Virus record (IMG/VR): IMGVR_UViG_3300030103_000918 | Coordinates: 1-30,291 of that record | Direction: 5' to 3' (one strand) | Length of the DNA stretch: 30,291 nucleotides | Source: a virus | Shown here: positions 7,218-16,128 of the stretch, in pieces | Layout of the letters: the number at the start of each line of letters is the position of its first letter | Position numbering within the stretch: the first letter of the stretch is position 1 | Position numbers and translations under genes: made by a program | Notes under the pieces: model-generated | What the model was told of the DNA's origin: nothing | What the model saw: only the letters and a program-made list of their open reading frames with translations | The model's database searches: none

Positions 7218-9907
7218 ATGTAGTTGTAAATGTTAAAACTAAAAACGCTAAAACTAATTTAAAAGGCGTTGAAAAAGGTTTAAAAGACACGCAACAACAA
7301 GCAGTTAAGACAAGTGATGTAATTAATGATCAATTTAGCAGAATGGGCGGCCCTCTTGGTGGTTTGATAAATCAAGTTAAATCATTAGGCACATCATTCA
7401 AGGGTATTGCTGTAGGTGTTGGTGTTGGTGCTATTGCAGGGATTACCTCCTTGTTTGTATCTGCTACTAAACGGGGTGCAGAATTTGCTAAAGCATTATC
7501 AGGCCTTGAAGCGGTTACAGGCGCAACAGATGCTGAAATGAATCAACTTTCAAATTCAGCTAAAGCATTAGGATCATCAACACAGTTTACATCTAAAGAG
7601 GTTGTTGGGTTGCAAACAGAATTTGCAAAATTAGGTTTTACAACAAAAGAAATTTTAAATGCAACTAAATCAACGCTAGATTTAGCAGCTTCTTTAGATA
7701 TTGGATTAGGCGAGGCTGCATCAATTGCTGGTTCTACATTGCGTGCATTTGGATTGGAAACAGCAGAAACTCAACGGGTTGTTGATGTTATGGCTTCTTC
7801 AACCTCATCAACAGCACTAGATTTTGATGCATTACGTGAATCATTAAAATTAGTTGCACCTACATCACGCGCGATGAATGTTAGCATAGAAGAAACTACA
7901 GCAATGCTTGGTGTGCTTGCAGATAACGGTTTAAAAGGTTCTATTGCTGGTACAGGATTATCAAAAACATTTATTGAATTAAATAAGAAAGGTATACCAC
8001 TAAACGAAGCATTGAAACAAGTCGCTAACAGTTCTAATTCATTAAATACAGCTATTGATCTTGTTGGGGTAGTTGGTTCAAAATCACTTTTAACATTAGC
8101 AAACAATGCACCTAAAATAGACACATTAACAGAATCATTTAACAATTCAGCAGGTGCAGCAAATGAATTAGCTGAAACAAGATTAGACAATTTGGCAGGA
8201 GACACCACTAAATTAAGTTCTGCTTGGGAAGGCTTTTTACTTTCTATTGAAGACGGCACAGGAATATTTAACACTATTGCACGTGGTATTGTACAAGCAA
8301 CAACAGCACTATTAAATTTTATTACACCTACAGAAAAATTATCTGAATCACTTGAAAAAGAAAGAGATGAACTATTTTTAGTTCAGGCAAGGTTGAATGA
8401 TGTAAACACCTCACAAGCGGATAGAGTAAAAATAATAACAGAATTACAAAAACAATACCCGAAGTTTTTAGAAAATATTGACGCTGAAACAGTAAGCAAT
8501 GAAGAATTAAATAAAGCTATTGAAAAAATAAATGAATCATTAATAAATAAAATATTAATACAACAAAAAGAAGAGGAAATCCAGGAACAAGCAGAGGAAG
8601 CGGCAGATGCTTTGAATGACAAAATTGAAGCTAGGGCAGACCTTTTTAAAAGGGAATCTAAAATTAGGCAACAGTTATCAGATGTTGGTATTAAAGTTCA
8701 AGCAAAAAATGCTGAAGAATTAGTTAAAGAAATTGACAAAATAATTGACGAGCAAAATAGGTTAAGAAAAGAAAATGGTTCAAATGTAATTAAGAGCTTC
8801 AATGACTTAAGAGAACAACAGGATAGGTTAAAACTTGACATAAAATCTCTTGCAAATGCAGAAGAAGAATATAACGAGGAACAGGATAAAACATCAAAGC
8901 TACTTGCTGCAAAAGAACAATTAATGAAAGACCTAGGTGTAAGTACTGAAAAGGCAACAGAAAGCACAGAAGACGGAAACGATGCAAGCGGGGATGAGGT
9001 TGAGGTTTTAACAGATTTAATTGAGATAAGAAAAAAAGAATTAGAACAGGCCGAAAAAATGCCTGGAACAACTGAAAGGGAAATTGCTGCGCGTAATGAC
9101 AGAATCAAAACAATTAATGAGGAAATAAAAAGATTAAAAGAATTAACATTATTAAAAGATAAAGAAGAAAGAAAAGCTCAGGAGGCAATACCACGAATGC
9201 AGACAAGAAATGCAGTTGAAATTGATACTACCAAACTGCATCAAAACACATTAAAAAATATCACTACAACAGCAGCACAACAAACAGCAGACGAGGTAAT
9301 TAGAAACGAAATTAGAATAGGTGCTGAAAAAACAAGATTAAATGAAGAAGATGAGCAAAGAATAATAAACAACCAAATAAGAAATCAGCAAAGAATGATG
9401 CAGCAAATGGACTTCACAGCAAGGACATTAGGTGCTATTATTCAATTAACACAATCATTAGCAAAAGATGACGAAGAAAGCCAAAGAAAAGCATTTAAAA
9501 CACGAAAAGCTGCTGGTATTGCACAGGGTATAATAAATACAGGTTTAGCTGTTACTGCAGCATTAACAGCGGGTGGTAATCCTATAAAATTAGCAACAGG
9601 CGCACAATTTGTAGAAGCTGGTATAGCTGCTATAACGGGAGCTGCCCAAGTTGCTACAATAGCAAAACAAAAATTCGAATCGCCTAGCAATACTATCCCT
9701 TTCGTAGATACTGGGGGAGGTGCAGGAGGAGGAGTAACAGAAACACAAGCACCACAATTCAACATAGTAGGGCAATCTGGATTTAACCAAGTTGCACAAG
9801 CACTAGGCCAACAGCAACCAGTACAAGCATTTGTAGTAGCGCAAGACGTAACTACAGCACAACAATTAAATAATAACATAATATCATCTGCAACAGTAGG
9901 TGGGTAA
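7199..9907 (+). CDS. Tail tape measure protein (TP901-family core region)
   Basis: The core LGSSTQFTSKEVVGLQTEFAKLGFTTKEIL...LRAFGLE...LKLVAPTSRAMNVSIEETTAMLGVLADNGLKGSIAGTGL is typical of the family. A long coiled-coil middle and a Gly/Ala-rich hydrophobic C-terminus follow. At 902 aa, the roughly 1.5 A per residue rule would give a tail of about 135 nm. Confidence 0.9.
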   Translation: MEQREVNVVVNVKTKNAKTNLKGVEKGLKDTQQQAVKTSDVINDQFSRMGGPLGGLINQVKSLGTSFKGIAVGVGVGAIAGITSLFVSATKRGAEFAKALSGLEAVTGATDAEMNQLSNSAKALGSSTQFTSKEVVGLQTEFAKLGFTTKEILNATKSTLDLAASLDIGLGEAASIAGSTLRAFGLETAETQRVVDVMASSTSSTALDFDALRESLKLVAPTSRAMNVSIEETTAMLGVLADNGLKGSIAGTGLSKTFIELNKKGIPLNEALKQVANSSNSLNTAIDLVGVVGSKSLLTLANNAPKIDTLTESFNNSAGAANELAETRLDNLAGDTTKLSSAWEGFLLSIEDGTGIFNTIARGIVQATTALLNFITPTEKLSESLEKERDELFLVQARLNDVNTSQADRVKIITELQKQYPKFLENIDAETVSNEELNKAIEKINESLINKILIQQKEEEIQEQAEEAADALNDKIEARADLFKRESKIRQQLSDVGIKVQAKNAEELVKEIDKIIDEQNRLRKENGSNVIKSFNDLREQQDRLKLDIKSLANAEEEYNEEQDKTSKLLAAKEQLMKDLGVSTEKATESTEDGNDASGDEVEVLTDLIEIRKKELEQAEKMPGTTEREIAARNDRIKTINEEIKRLKELTLLKDKEERKAQEAIPRMQTRNAVEIDTTKLHQNTLKNITTTAAQQTADEVIRNEIRIGAEKTRLNEEDEQRIINNQIRNQQRMMQQMDFTARTLGAIIQLTQSLAKDDEESQRKAFKTRKAAGIAQGIINTGLAVTAALTAGGNPIKLATGAQFVEAGIAAITGAAQVATIAKQKFESPSNTIPFVDTGGGAGGGVTETQAPQFNIVGQSGFNQVAQALGQQQPVQAFVVAQDVTTAQQLNNNIISSATVGG

Positions 9908-9919
9908 AAACAAATAAAA

Positions 9920-11503
9920 ATGGATATAATAGAATTATTACTAGACGAAGAAGACGAATTTACTGGCATTGAAGCAGTAAGTTTGGTTGAAAATCCTGCA
10001 ATAGAAGAAGAATGGATTACATTAAGCAAACAAGAAATAAAGTTTGCAAAAGTAGATGAAGAAAAAAGAATCCTTCTTGGGGCCGCCTTGGTGCCAATGA
10101 AGCCAATATTTAGAAAGCGTAACGATACAATGTTTTACGTGTATTTTAGTAAAGATACTGTAAAGCGTGCAAGTGAATTGTTTTTTATGAATGGCAATCA
10201 GAACAATGCAACACTAGAACACAATATGGAAATAAACGGTTTATCAGTTGTAGAAAGTTGGATTGTTGATAATCCTGAAATGGATAAAAGCAAGATGTAT
10301 GGTTTTGATGTTCCTGAAGGAACTTGGATGATTTCAATGAAGGTAGAAAATGATGAGGTTTGGAATGACTATGTTAAAACAGGTAAGGTTAAGGGGTTTA
10401 GTATTGAAGGTTATTTTGCTGATAAAGCAAATATACAGAAGCCTAATTTAAAAGCAGAGATGGAGGCGATAGAAGAAAACGAAGCAGAATATATGCTAAG
10501 CAACATTAAAAACGTTTTAACTGATAAAAAGGTAGAATTAGAAAGCTATAATGATTATCCTGATGCAGTAAGTAATAATGCTAAAAGAGGTAGAGAGCTT
10601 AATCAAAAAGTTAATAATAAATGTGCAACAAATATTGGAAAAATAAGGAGTGCTGATCTCGCATCAAAACGCAAGCTCAATGTATCTACCATTAAAAGAA
10701 TGTACAGTTTTTTAAGTAGAGCAAGTGAATATTATGATGAAAGTGATAACACAGCCTGCGGTACTATATCTTATTTACTATGGGGAGGTAAAGCTGGATT
10801 AAGGTGGTCAGAAAGTAAGTTAAAAGAACTAGGAGAGATTAACCTTGCATCAATGGTTATTAATGATGACTTTGCAATAATAGACGACAGGCTAGCATAC
10901 AGCACACAGGAGAAGGCTGAGGAAATGGCTAAGAACATTGGATGTGAAGGTTTTCACGTTCACGAATATGAAGGTAAAGATTGGTATATGCCTTGTGAAA
11001 AGCACATTATGCAAAAGTATAAATGTCCAGAAGGATTTGTAAAAAAGAAAGGTAAATGCGTTAAAAAAAAAAGTAGCTATGCTGAAATAGGTCCTAGAGG
11101 TGGGATAAAGAAATCCCCTAAAGCACCAGCTTCAGGAACACCAAATAAAAACCCAAAAGGTAAAGGCACAGCTAAAGGAGATGCTTCTACTAGCAGAGGT
11201 GCTAAAGTAAGTAAGAAGGATGAAGCAACACTACAAAAAAAGGCAGATGACTTTAATGATAGATATAAAAAGAAGCTAGGTTATGGTGTGACTGTAGGCC
11301 AACTTAAATCTGTATTTCAAAGAGGTCTAGGAGCTTTCAACGTTTCACATTCACCAAGAATAAAATCACCAACGGCTTGGGCGCAAGCTAGAGTTAATGC
11401 CTATTTGTATTTAGTTAGAAATGGCAGACCACAGAACCCTAAATACACAGGCGATTTTGATTTATTGCCAGCTAAACATCCTAAATCACCTAAAAACAAA
11501 TAA
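9920..11503 (+). CDS. XkdF-like putative prohead serine protease fused to about 350 aa of extra conserved modules and a Lys-rich linker
   Basis: The N-terminus GIEAVSLVENPAIEEEW...GKVKGFSIEGYF matches the XkdF / Peptidase_S78_2 pattern. Downstream modules are WGGKAGLRWSESK, GCEGFHVHEYEGKDWYMPCEKH and QRGLGAFNVSHSP...WAQARVNAYL. Confidence 0.75.
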   Translation: MDIIELLLDEEDEFTGIEAVSLVENPAIEEEWITLSKQEIKFAKVDEEKRILLGAALVPMKPIFRKRNDTMFYVYFSKDTVKRASELFFMNGNQNNATLEHNMEINGLSVVESWIVDNPEMDKSKMYGFDVPEGTWMISMKVENDEVWNDYVKTGKVKGFSIEGYFADKANIQKPNLKAEMEAIEENEAEYMLSNIKNVLTDKKVELESYNDYPDAVSNNAKRGRELNQKVNNKCATNIGKIRSADLASKRKLNVSTIKRMYSFLSRASEYYDESDNTACGTISYLLWGGKAGLRWSESKLKELGEINLASMVINDDFAIIDDRLAYSTQEKAEEMAKNIGCEGFHVHEYEGKDWYMPCEKHIMQKYKCPEGFVKKKGKCVKKKSSYAEIGPRGGIKKSPKAPASGTPNKNPKGKGTAKGDASTSRGAKVSKKDEATLQKKADDFNDRYKKKLGYGVTVGQLKSVFQRGLGAFNVSHSPRIKSPTAWAQARVNAYLYLVRNGRPQNPKYTGDFDLLPAKHPKSPKNK

Positions 11504-11504
11504 T

Positions 11505-11660
11505 ATGAAAAGTAAAAAATTTAAAACACCAAGTAGAACTTCACCAAAGTATAGTAAAAGAGGTTGTTTATGTCCAGATGGTAAAACATATAGTAGAAAA
11601 TGTTGTGATGGTTCATTACAAGCACAGGGCATTGGAAACATAACAGGAACACCAGAATAA
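11505..11660 (+). CDS. Small basic Cys-rich protein (51 aa)
   Basis: ATG 11505 lies just after the protease TAA. The product is MKSKKFKTPSRTSPKYSKRGCLCPDGKTYSRKCCDGSL.... The upstream extension to 11421 overlaps the protease gene and is rejected. Confidence 0.5.
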   Translation: MKSKKFKTPSRTSPKYSKRGCLCPDGKTYSRKCCDGSLQAQGIGNITGTPE

Positions 11661-11676
11661 TTTTTTTTACAAAAAC

Positions 11677-11706
11677 ACATAACACTTAGCATATTTTTCT
11701 GCATTA
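11677..11706 (+). promoter_or_regulatory. Conserved 30-nt motif, copy 2, upstream of the scaffold / major capsid operon
   Basis: ACATAACACTTAGCATATTTTTCTGCATTA matches 1515..1544 at 25 of 30 positions. It lies 15 nt upstream of ATG 11722. Confidence 0.5.
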
Positions 11707-11721
11707 CTAATAAATCTTATT

Positions 11722-12342
11722 ATGAAAGCAAATGATATACTAAACAAAATCAAGAATATTGTTGGTGTAGAACTTTCTGAAGAAAAAGTAGAACTAGCTG
11801 AAATCAGTTTAAAGAATGGTACATTATTAGTATCAGAAGAATTTGCTAAAGGCAATGCAGTATTTATTAAATCGGAAGATGGAGAAATGGCATTACCAAT
11901 AGGTGAATATGAACTTGAAGACGGTAGAACACTTTTTGTAACTGAAGAAGGTGTCATAGACAATATAACAAAAGCTGCTGAAGAAGCAGAAGAAGAACTT
12001 TCTGAAGAATCAGCAACAGAAGAAGCTGTTGAAACTGAACTTGAGGACGAAGAAGAAAAAGAAGAAATGAAATATGTAACACGGGAAGAGTTTGCAGTCG
12101 CTATGGATGAATTAAAATCTATGATTGAAAAAATGGCTGACAAAACTAAAGAAGAAAAAATGTCAGAGGTTACAGAAGAAACTATAGAAGAAAATAAAGA
12201 GGAATTATCTGCTGAAACGGTTGAACCAATTAAACACAATCCAGAAGCAGATCAAAACAACAAAGTAAACTTTAAAATAGGTGGTGGCAGAATTGCTACA
12301 ACAAGAGATAGAGTTTACAGTAAAATTTTTAATAATAACTAA
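11722..12342 (+). CDS. Putative scaffolding protein
   Basis: 206 aa, strongly acidic with a Glu-rich helical middle, located between the protease and the major capsid gene. Confidence 0.55.
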   Translation: MKANDILNKIKNIVGVELSEEKVELAEISLKNGTLLVSEEFAKGNAVFIKSEDGEMALPIGEYELEDGRTLFVTEEGVIDNITKAAEEAEEELSEESATEEAVETELEDEEEKEEMKYVTREEFAVAMDELKSMIEKMADKTKEEKMSEVTEETIEENKEELSAETVEPIKHNPEADQNNKVNFKIGGGRIATTRDRVYSKIFNNN

Positions 12343-12352
12343 ATAAAAAAAA

Positions 12353-13288
12353 ATGGCAACTACAACAAGTATAACAAGCACCTATGCTGGAGAGTTTGCA
12401 GGTAAATACATTGCTGCAGCTTTATTGAGTGCTAACACAATTGATAAAGGGGGATTAGAAGTAATGCCTAACATCAAGTTTAAATCTACTATGAAAAAAG
12501 TAGCAACAGATGCAAATATAATTAAAGATGCTACCTGTGATTTTGGAGCAACAGGTGAGATTACACTTACTGAAAGATTGTTACAACCTGAGGAGTTTCA
12601 AGTAAATCTTGAATTATGTAAGAAAGATTTTAGAAGCGACTGGGAAGCAGCTCAAATGGGAATATCTGTATATGATAATTTACCACCTAAATTTTCAGAT
12701 TTTATCATTGCACACGTTGCGGGATTAGTAGCTGAAAAAAATGAGCAAAATATCTGGGAAGGTGTTAACTCAAACACAGGTGAATATGATGGTTTAGTGA
12801 CATTAGCACTAGCAGATAGTGATGTTATTGATGTAGCATCTCACGCAGCTGTTACAGCCTCAAACGTAATTGATAAACTAGGTTCTATCGTGGATGCAGT
12901 ACCTTCTGCTTTATATAACAAAGAAGATTTACATATTTACGTATCACAAAACATTGCTAGAGCCTATGTAAGAGCATTAGGTGGTTTTGCAAGTGGTATT
13001 GGTTCAAATGGTACAAACGCACAAGGTACACAATGGTACAACGCAGGTGGGCAACTATCTTTTGATGGTGTTAAATTATTTGTGTGTAATGGTTTAGCTG
13101 ATGACACAGCAATGGCAGCACAAAAATCAAACCTTTACTTTGGTACTGGTTTATTATCTGATATGAACGAAGTTAAAGTCCTAGATATGGCAGACCTTGA
13201 CGGAAGTCAAAATGTTAGAGTGGTAATGAGATACACAGCTGGAGTAAATTATGGAATAGGTTCTGATATCGTATTATATCACGCCTAA
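12353..13288 (+). CDS. Major capsid protein (HK97-fold type presumed)
   Basis: 311 aa, following the protease and scaffold. It is followed by stops in all frames (TAATTAATTAATTAATAA) and a GC-rich hairpin. Confidence 0.75.
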   Translation: MATTTSITSTYAGEFAGKYIAAALLSANTIDKGGLEVMPNIKFKSTMKKVATDANIIKDATCDFGATGEITLTERLLQPEEFQVNLELCKKDFRSDWEAAQMGISVYDNLPPKFSDFIIAHVAGLVAEKNEQNIWEGVNSNTGEYDGLVTLALADSDVIDVASHAAVTASNVIDKLGSIVDAVPSALYNKEDLHIYVSQNIARAYVRALGGFASGIGSNGTNAQGTQWYNAGGQLSFDGVKLFVCNGLADDTAMAAQKSNLYFGTGLLSDMNEVKVLDMADLDGSQNVRVVMRYTAGVNYGIGSDIVLYHA

Positions 13289-13304
13289 TTAATTAATTAA
13301 TAAC

Positions 13305-13325
13305 AAGGGGGTGTAATTCCCCCTT
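13305..13325 (+). terminator. Hairpin after the major capsid gene
   Basis: AAGGGGG-tgtaatt-CCCCCTT forms a 7-bp perfect stem followed by an A/T-rich tract. The T-run is imperfect. Confidence 0.55.
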
Positions 13326-13344
13326 AATTTAAAATTTTAAAATT

Positions 13345-13893
13345 ATGGCTTGCGATTTAACAAAAGGAAGAAAGGTACCTTGTAAAGACGTCATAGGAGG
13401 CTTGGTTCGTGCCTGGTTCGTGGATTTTGGGGACTTAGGAACAGTTACAGAAACATCTGATGAAATTACAGATATGACAGGAACTTTCACAGCTTTTCAA
13501 TATGACTTACACGGAACAAATTCATTTGAGCAAACAATAACTAGTTCTAGAGAGAACGGAACAACATTCTTCGAACAAAGTATTAGTTTACAATTTTCAA
13601 AATTATCTAAAGAAGATAATGCAGAATTAAAACTAATGGCTTTCAACAGGCCACATATTTGCCTTGAAGATAGAAACGGGAATTTTATGCAGTTTGGGTT
13701 AGTACACGGATGTGAAGTAACTGGTGGAACAATAGTTAGTGGTTCTGCATTTGGTGACTTATCTGGATATACATTAACCTTTACAGCACAAGAAGCTAAG
13801 CCTGCAAACTTTATTAATGGTGGTACTGCTGCTGACCCATATGCGGGAATGGGTAGTGCAACGGTAACAGTTACAGTAGGTACAAATAGCTAA
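13345..13893 (+). CDS. Putative major tail (tube) protein
   Basis: 182 aa, bracketed by two terminator-like hairpins, which suggests high expression. The pattern DRNGNFMQFGL..G..VTGG...SG.AFGDLSGYTLTFTAQE is reminiscent of siphovirus tube proteins. Confidence 0.5.
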   Translation: MACDLTKGRKVPCKDVIGGLVRAWFVDFGDLGTVTETSDEITDMTGTFTAFQYDLHGTNSFEQTITSSRENGTTFFEQSISLQFSKLSKEDNAELKLMAFNRPHICLEDRNGNFMQFGLVHGCEVTGGTIVSGSAFGDLSGYTLTFTAQEAKPANFINGGTAADPYAGMGSATVTVTVGTNS

Positions 13894-13944
13894 AAGATAC
13901 ACTTCATCACGGGTGTGATTCATAATATATAGTTGATTGTGGAG

Positions 13945-13973
13945 GGTGAGTTTAACGGCTCACCTTCTTTTTT
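13945..13973 (+). terminator. Rho-independent terminator-like hairpin plus T-run
   Basis: The stem is GGTGAG(13945-50) paired with CTCACC(13959-64), with an 8-nt loop, followed by TTCTTTTTT. Confidence 0.6.
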
Positions 13974-13982
13974 AAAAAAAAT

Positions 13983-14333
13983 ATGCAAATACTAACTAAA
14001 ACAGGAGGAACTATTAATTTCATACCACGTGAAGCTATAAGTGGTGCAAAGGTTTATAAGTTAGTAATAAAATCAGAAGCACAAAATAAAGTAATATTGG
14101 AAGACACAGCTGCAACATTTACAGAATTAGATTATTATTTTCAGTATAGCACGTCACAGGCATTAGATGAGAACAATTATTATACAATTACGATTACTAA
14201 TACTAGTGATGGAATTGTTATATTTAAAGATAAAATGTATTGTACAGATCAAACACTAAGTGATTATGAAATTTCAAATGGTGTTTATATAGAACAAAGT
14301 ACAGGAAACAATGAATTTGTATATTATGGATAA
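13983..14333 (+). CDS. Hypothetical 116-aa protein in the virion module
   Basis: ATG at 13983. Its stop overlaps the portal start region. Confidence 0.65.
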   Translation: MQILTKTGGTINFIPREAISGAKVYKLVIKSEAQNKVILEDTAATFTELDYYFQYSTSQALDENNYYTITITNTSDGIVIFKDKMYCTDQTLSDYEISNGVYIEQSTGNNEFVYYG

Positions 14334-16128
14334 TTTACATTTAATACAGTTAAACCAATATGAAAGACCTGCAATAACAGAAGAACGCAACAGGGAGTGG
14401 GTAGGCATTGGTGAAGATAATGAATATTATCAGGGTTTAATTGATGCGTATATGGAAAGCACAACAAACCAAGCTGTAATAAATGGGATTGTTAATTTAA
14501 TATACGGTAAAGGTTTAGATGCTACAGATAGCAATGAAAAGCCTGAAGAATATGCACAAATGAAGCAGCTGCTTACACCAACGTGTATGAGAAAGGTTTG
14601 TAATGATTTAAAGTTATTAGGTGAAGCTGCTATTCAGGTTTCATACAAGGGAAATAAAATAGGTTCATTAACACACTTTCCACGTGAGACGTTACGAGCT
14701 GAAAAGATGGATGCAAACGGTGAGATTAAGAATTATTTTTATGCACCTGATTGGACTAAGGTTACTAGAAACACTAAACTAACTAAATTTCCTGTTTTTG
14801 GTAGTGGTGCAAAAAATGAGATTTACATAATAAAAAGATTCGTGAGTGGATACTATTATTACTCACCTGCAGATTATCAGATTAGTTATGCTTGTTTAGA
14901 AAAAGAGATAGCCGACTTTTTGATAAATGATGCACAAAACTCCTTTAGTGGCACCAAGGTTATCAACTTCAATGGTGGTATTCCTGATCGTACCAAGCAG
15001 TTAGAAATTAAAGATCAAGTAATGTCAAAATTAACTGGTTCATATGGCGAAAAGGTAATTGTTAGTTTTAATTCTAATGCAGAACAAAAATGTACTATTG
15101 ATGACATACCCCTAGCAGATGCCCCTCAACATTATGAATACTTAGCTACAGAATGTGCTTCTAAGATTATGGTTACGCATCGTGTAACATCACCATTATT
15201 AATTGGGTTACGTGATGGTAAAAACGGATTAGGCAACAATGCAGATGAGATTAAAACTGCTGCACTATTATTTGACAATGTTGTTATAAAACCTTATCAA
15301 GAATTAATAATCGATTCTTTGAATGAACTGTTAGCAGTGAATGATATTTCATTAAATCTATATTTCAAAACATTACAACCATTAGAATTTACAGAGATTG
15401 ATAAAGAAGTACAGGATGCTGAAACAATAGAAGAAGAAACTGGCATCAAGCAAGATGAGCAAGAGCAAGCAGAGTTAGAAATGTCAACACATAAGCACTG
15501 TTTGAGTGATTTACCTGATGAAATATATGATGGTGTTTTAGAAGGTTTAGAGGGTGAAGTAATAGATACTGAAGAGTGGGAAATGGTAGATATCAGAGAT
15601 GTAGATGATGAAAATGAAAGTGTTGAAGATTGGGCAAATGATATGATTAAATTAAGCATTGATAGCAAAGAAGATGGATTTTCATATTTAGATGCAAGTT
15701 TTTATAAAGTAAGATACAAGTATGTAAGAGGTAGCAGAAAGGCAAATAAAGAAGGCAATAAAAGTAGAAAGTTTTGTCAAGAAATGATGGCTAGAACTAG
15801 AAACGGTGTTGTATATAGAATAGAAGATATTGATAAAGCAAGTAGAAATATGAATTTCAAAGCTGCTGAATTACCAATGCATAAAGGTAAGAAGTATGAT
15901 CTATTCCGCTTCAAAGGAGGAGTATATTGTAGGCACAAGTGGCAAGAGATATTATATAAAGTTAGAAATTTAGATGACAAAGGAAGCAAAGATTTAGGTG
16001 ATTACAAGACAATAAGAAAATCACAATTTCCAAAAAGCTATAAGAAAAGCCCAGTAGGAAGCAAGCAATCTGTAAAAGCACCTGTAAATATGCCTAACAA
16101 CGGTCATCATCCAAACTATCAAAAATGA
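14326..16128 (+). CDS. Portal protein with an acidic linker and a C-terminal Cys/His-containing extension
   Basis: The N-terminus ERPAITEERNREWVGIGEDNEYYQGLIDAYMESTTNQAVINGIVNLIYGKGL fits a portal pattern from memory. ATG 14326 (ATGGATAA overlap) is preferred to 14311. The C-terminus contains SRKFCQEMM...FRFKGGVYCRHKW. Confidence 0.7.
   Translation: MDNLHLIQLNQYERPAITEERNREWVGIGEDNEYYQGLIDAYMESTTNQAVINGIVNLIYGKGLDATDSNEKPEEYAQMKQLLTPTCMRKVCNDLKLLGEAAIQVSYKGNKIGSLTHFPRETLRAEKMDANGEIKNYFYAPDWTKVTRNTKLTKFPVFGSGAKNEIYIIKRFVSGYYYYSPADYQISYACLEKEIADFLINDAQNSFSGTKVINFNGGIPDRTKQLEIKDQVMSKLTGSYGEKVIVSFNSNAEQKCTIDDIPLADAPQHYEYLATECASKIMVTHRVTSPLLIGLRDGKNGLGNNADEIKTAALLFDNVVIKPYQELIIDSLNELLAVNDISLNLYFKTLQPLEFTEIDKEVQDAETIEEETGIKQDEQEQAELEMSTHKHCLSDLPDEIYDGVLEGLEGEVIDTEEWEMVDIRDVDDENESVEDWANDMIKLSIDSKEDGFSYLDASFYKVRYKYVRGSRKANKEGNKSRKFCQEMMARTRNGVVYRIEDIDKASRNMNFKAAELPMHKGKKYDLFRFKGGVYCRHKWQEILYKVRNLDDKGSKDLGDYKTIRKSQFPKSYKKSPVGSKQSVKAPVNMPNNGHHPNYQK

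Noticed and set aside
7771-10029. Several minus-strand ORFs (7771..8274, 8383..8622, 8698..9108, 8799..9071, 9442..10029, 9590..9799)
   Set aside because: All lie antisense to the tape measure gene, whose + strand translation carries a clear TP901-type core. The antisense products are low-complexity Ser/Ala/Cys-rich strings.
11421-11504. Upstream extension of the small Cys-rich ORF (track ORF 11421..11660)
   Set aside because: The extension overlaps the conserved C-terminus of the protease fusion. ATG 11505 follows that gene's stop immediately.
11667-12239. 190-aa Ser-rich ORF on the minus strand
   Set aside because: It is the exact antisense of the GAA/GAG-rich (Glu-rich) scaffold gene. 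Its poly-Ser/Phe low-complexity product is a compositional mirror artefact. It would be the only minus-strand gene and shows no start coupling.
13906-13919. Small hairpin ATCAC-gggt-GTGAT after the 182-aa gene
   Set aside because: The 5-bp stem has no T-run. The stronger hairpin plus T-tract at 13945..13973 is the likelier terminator.
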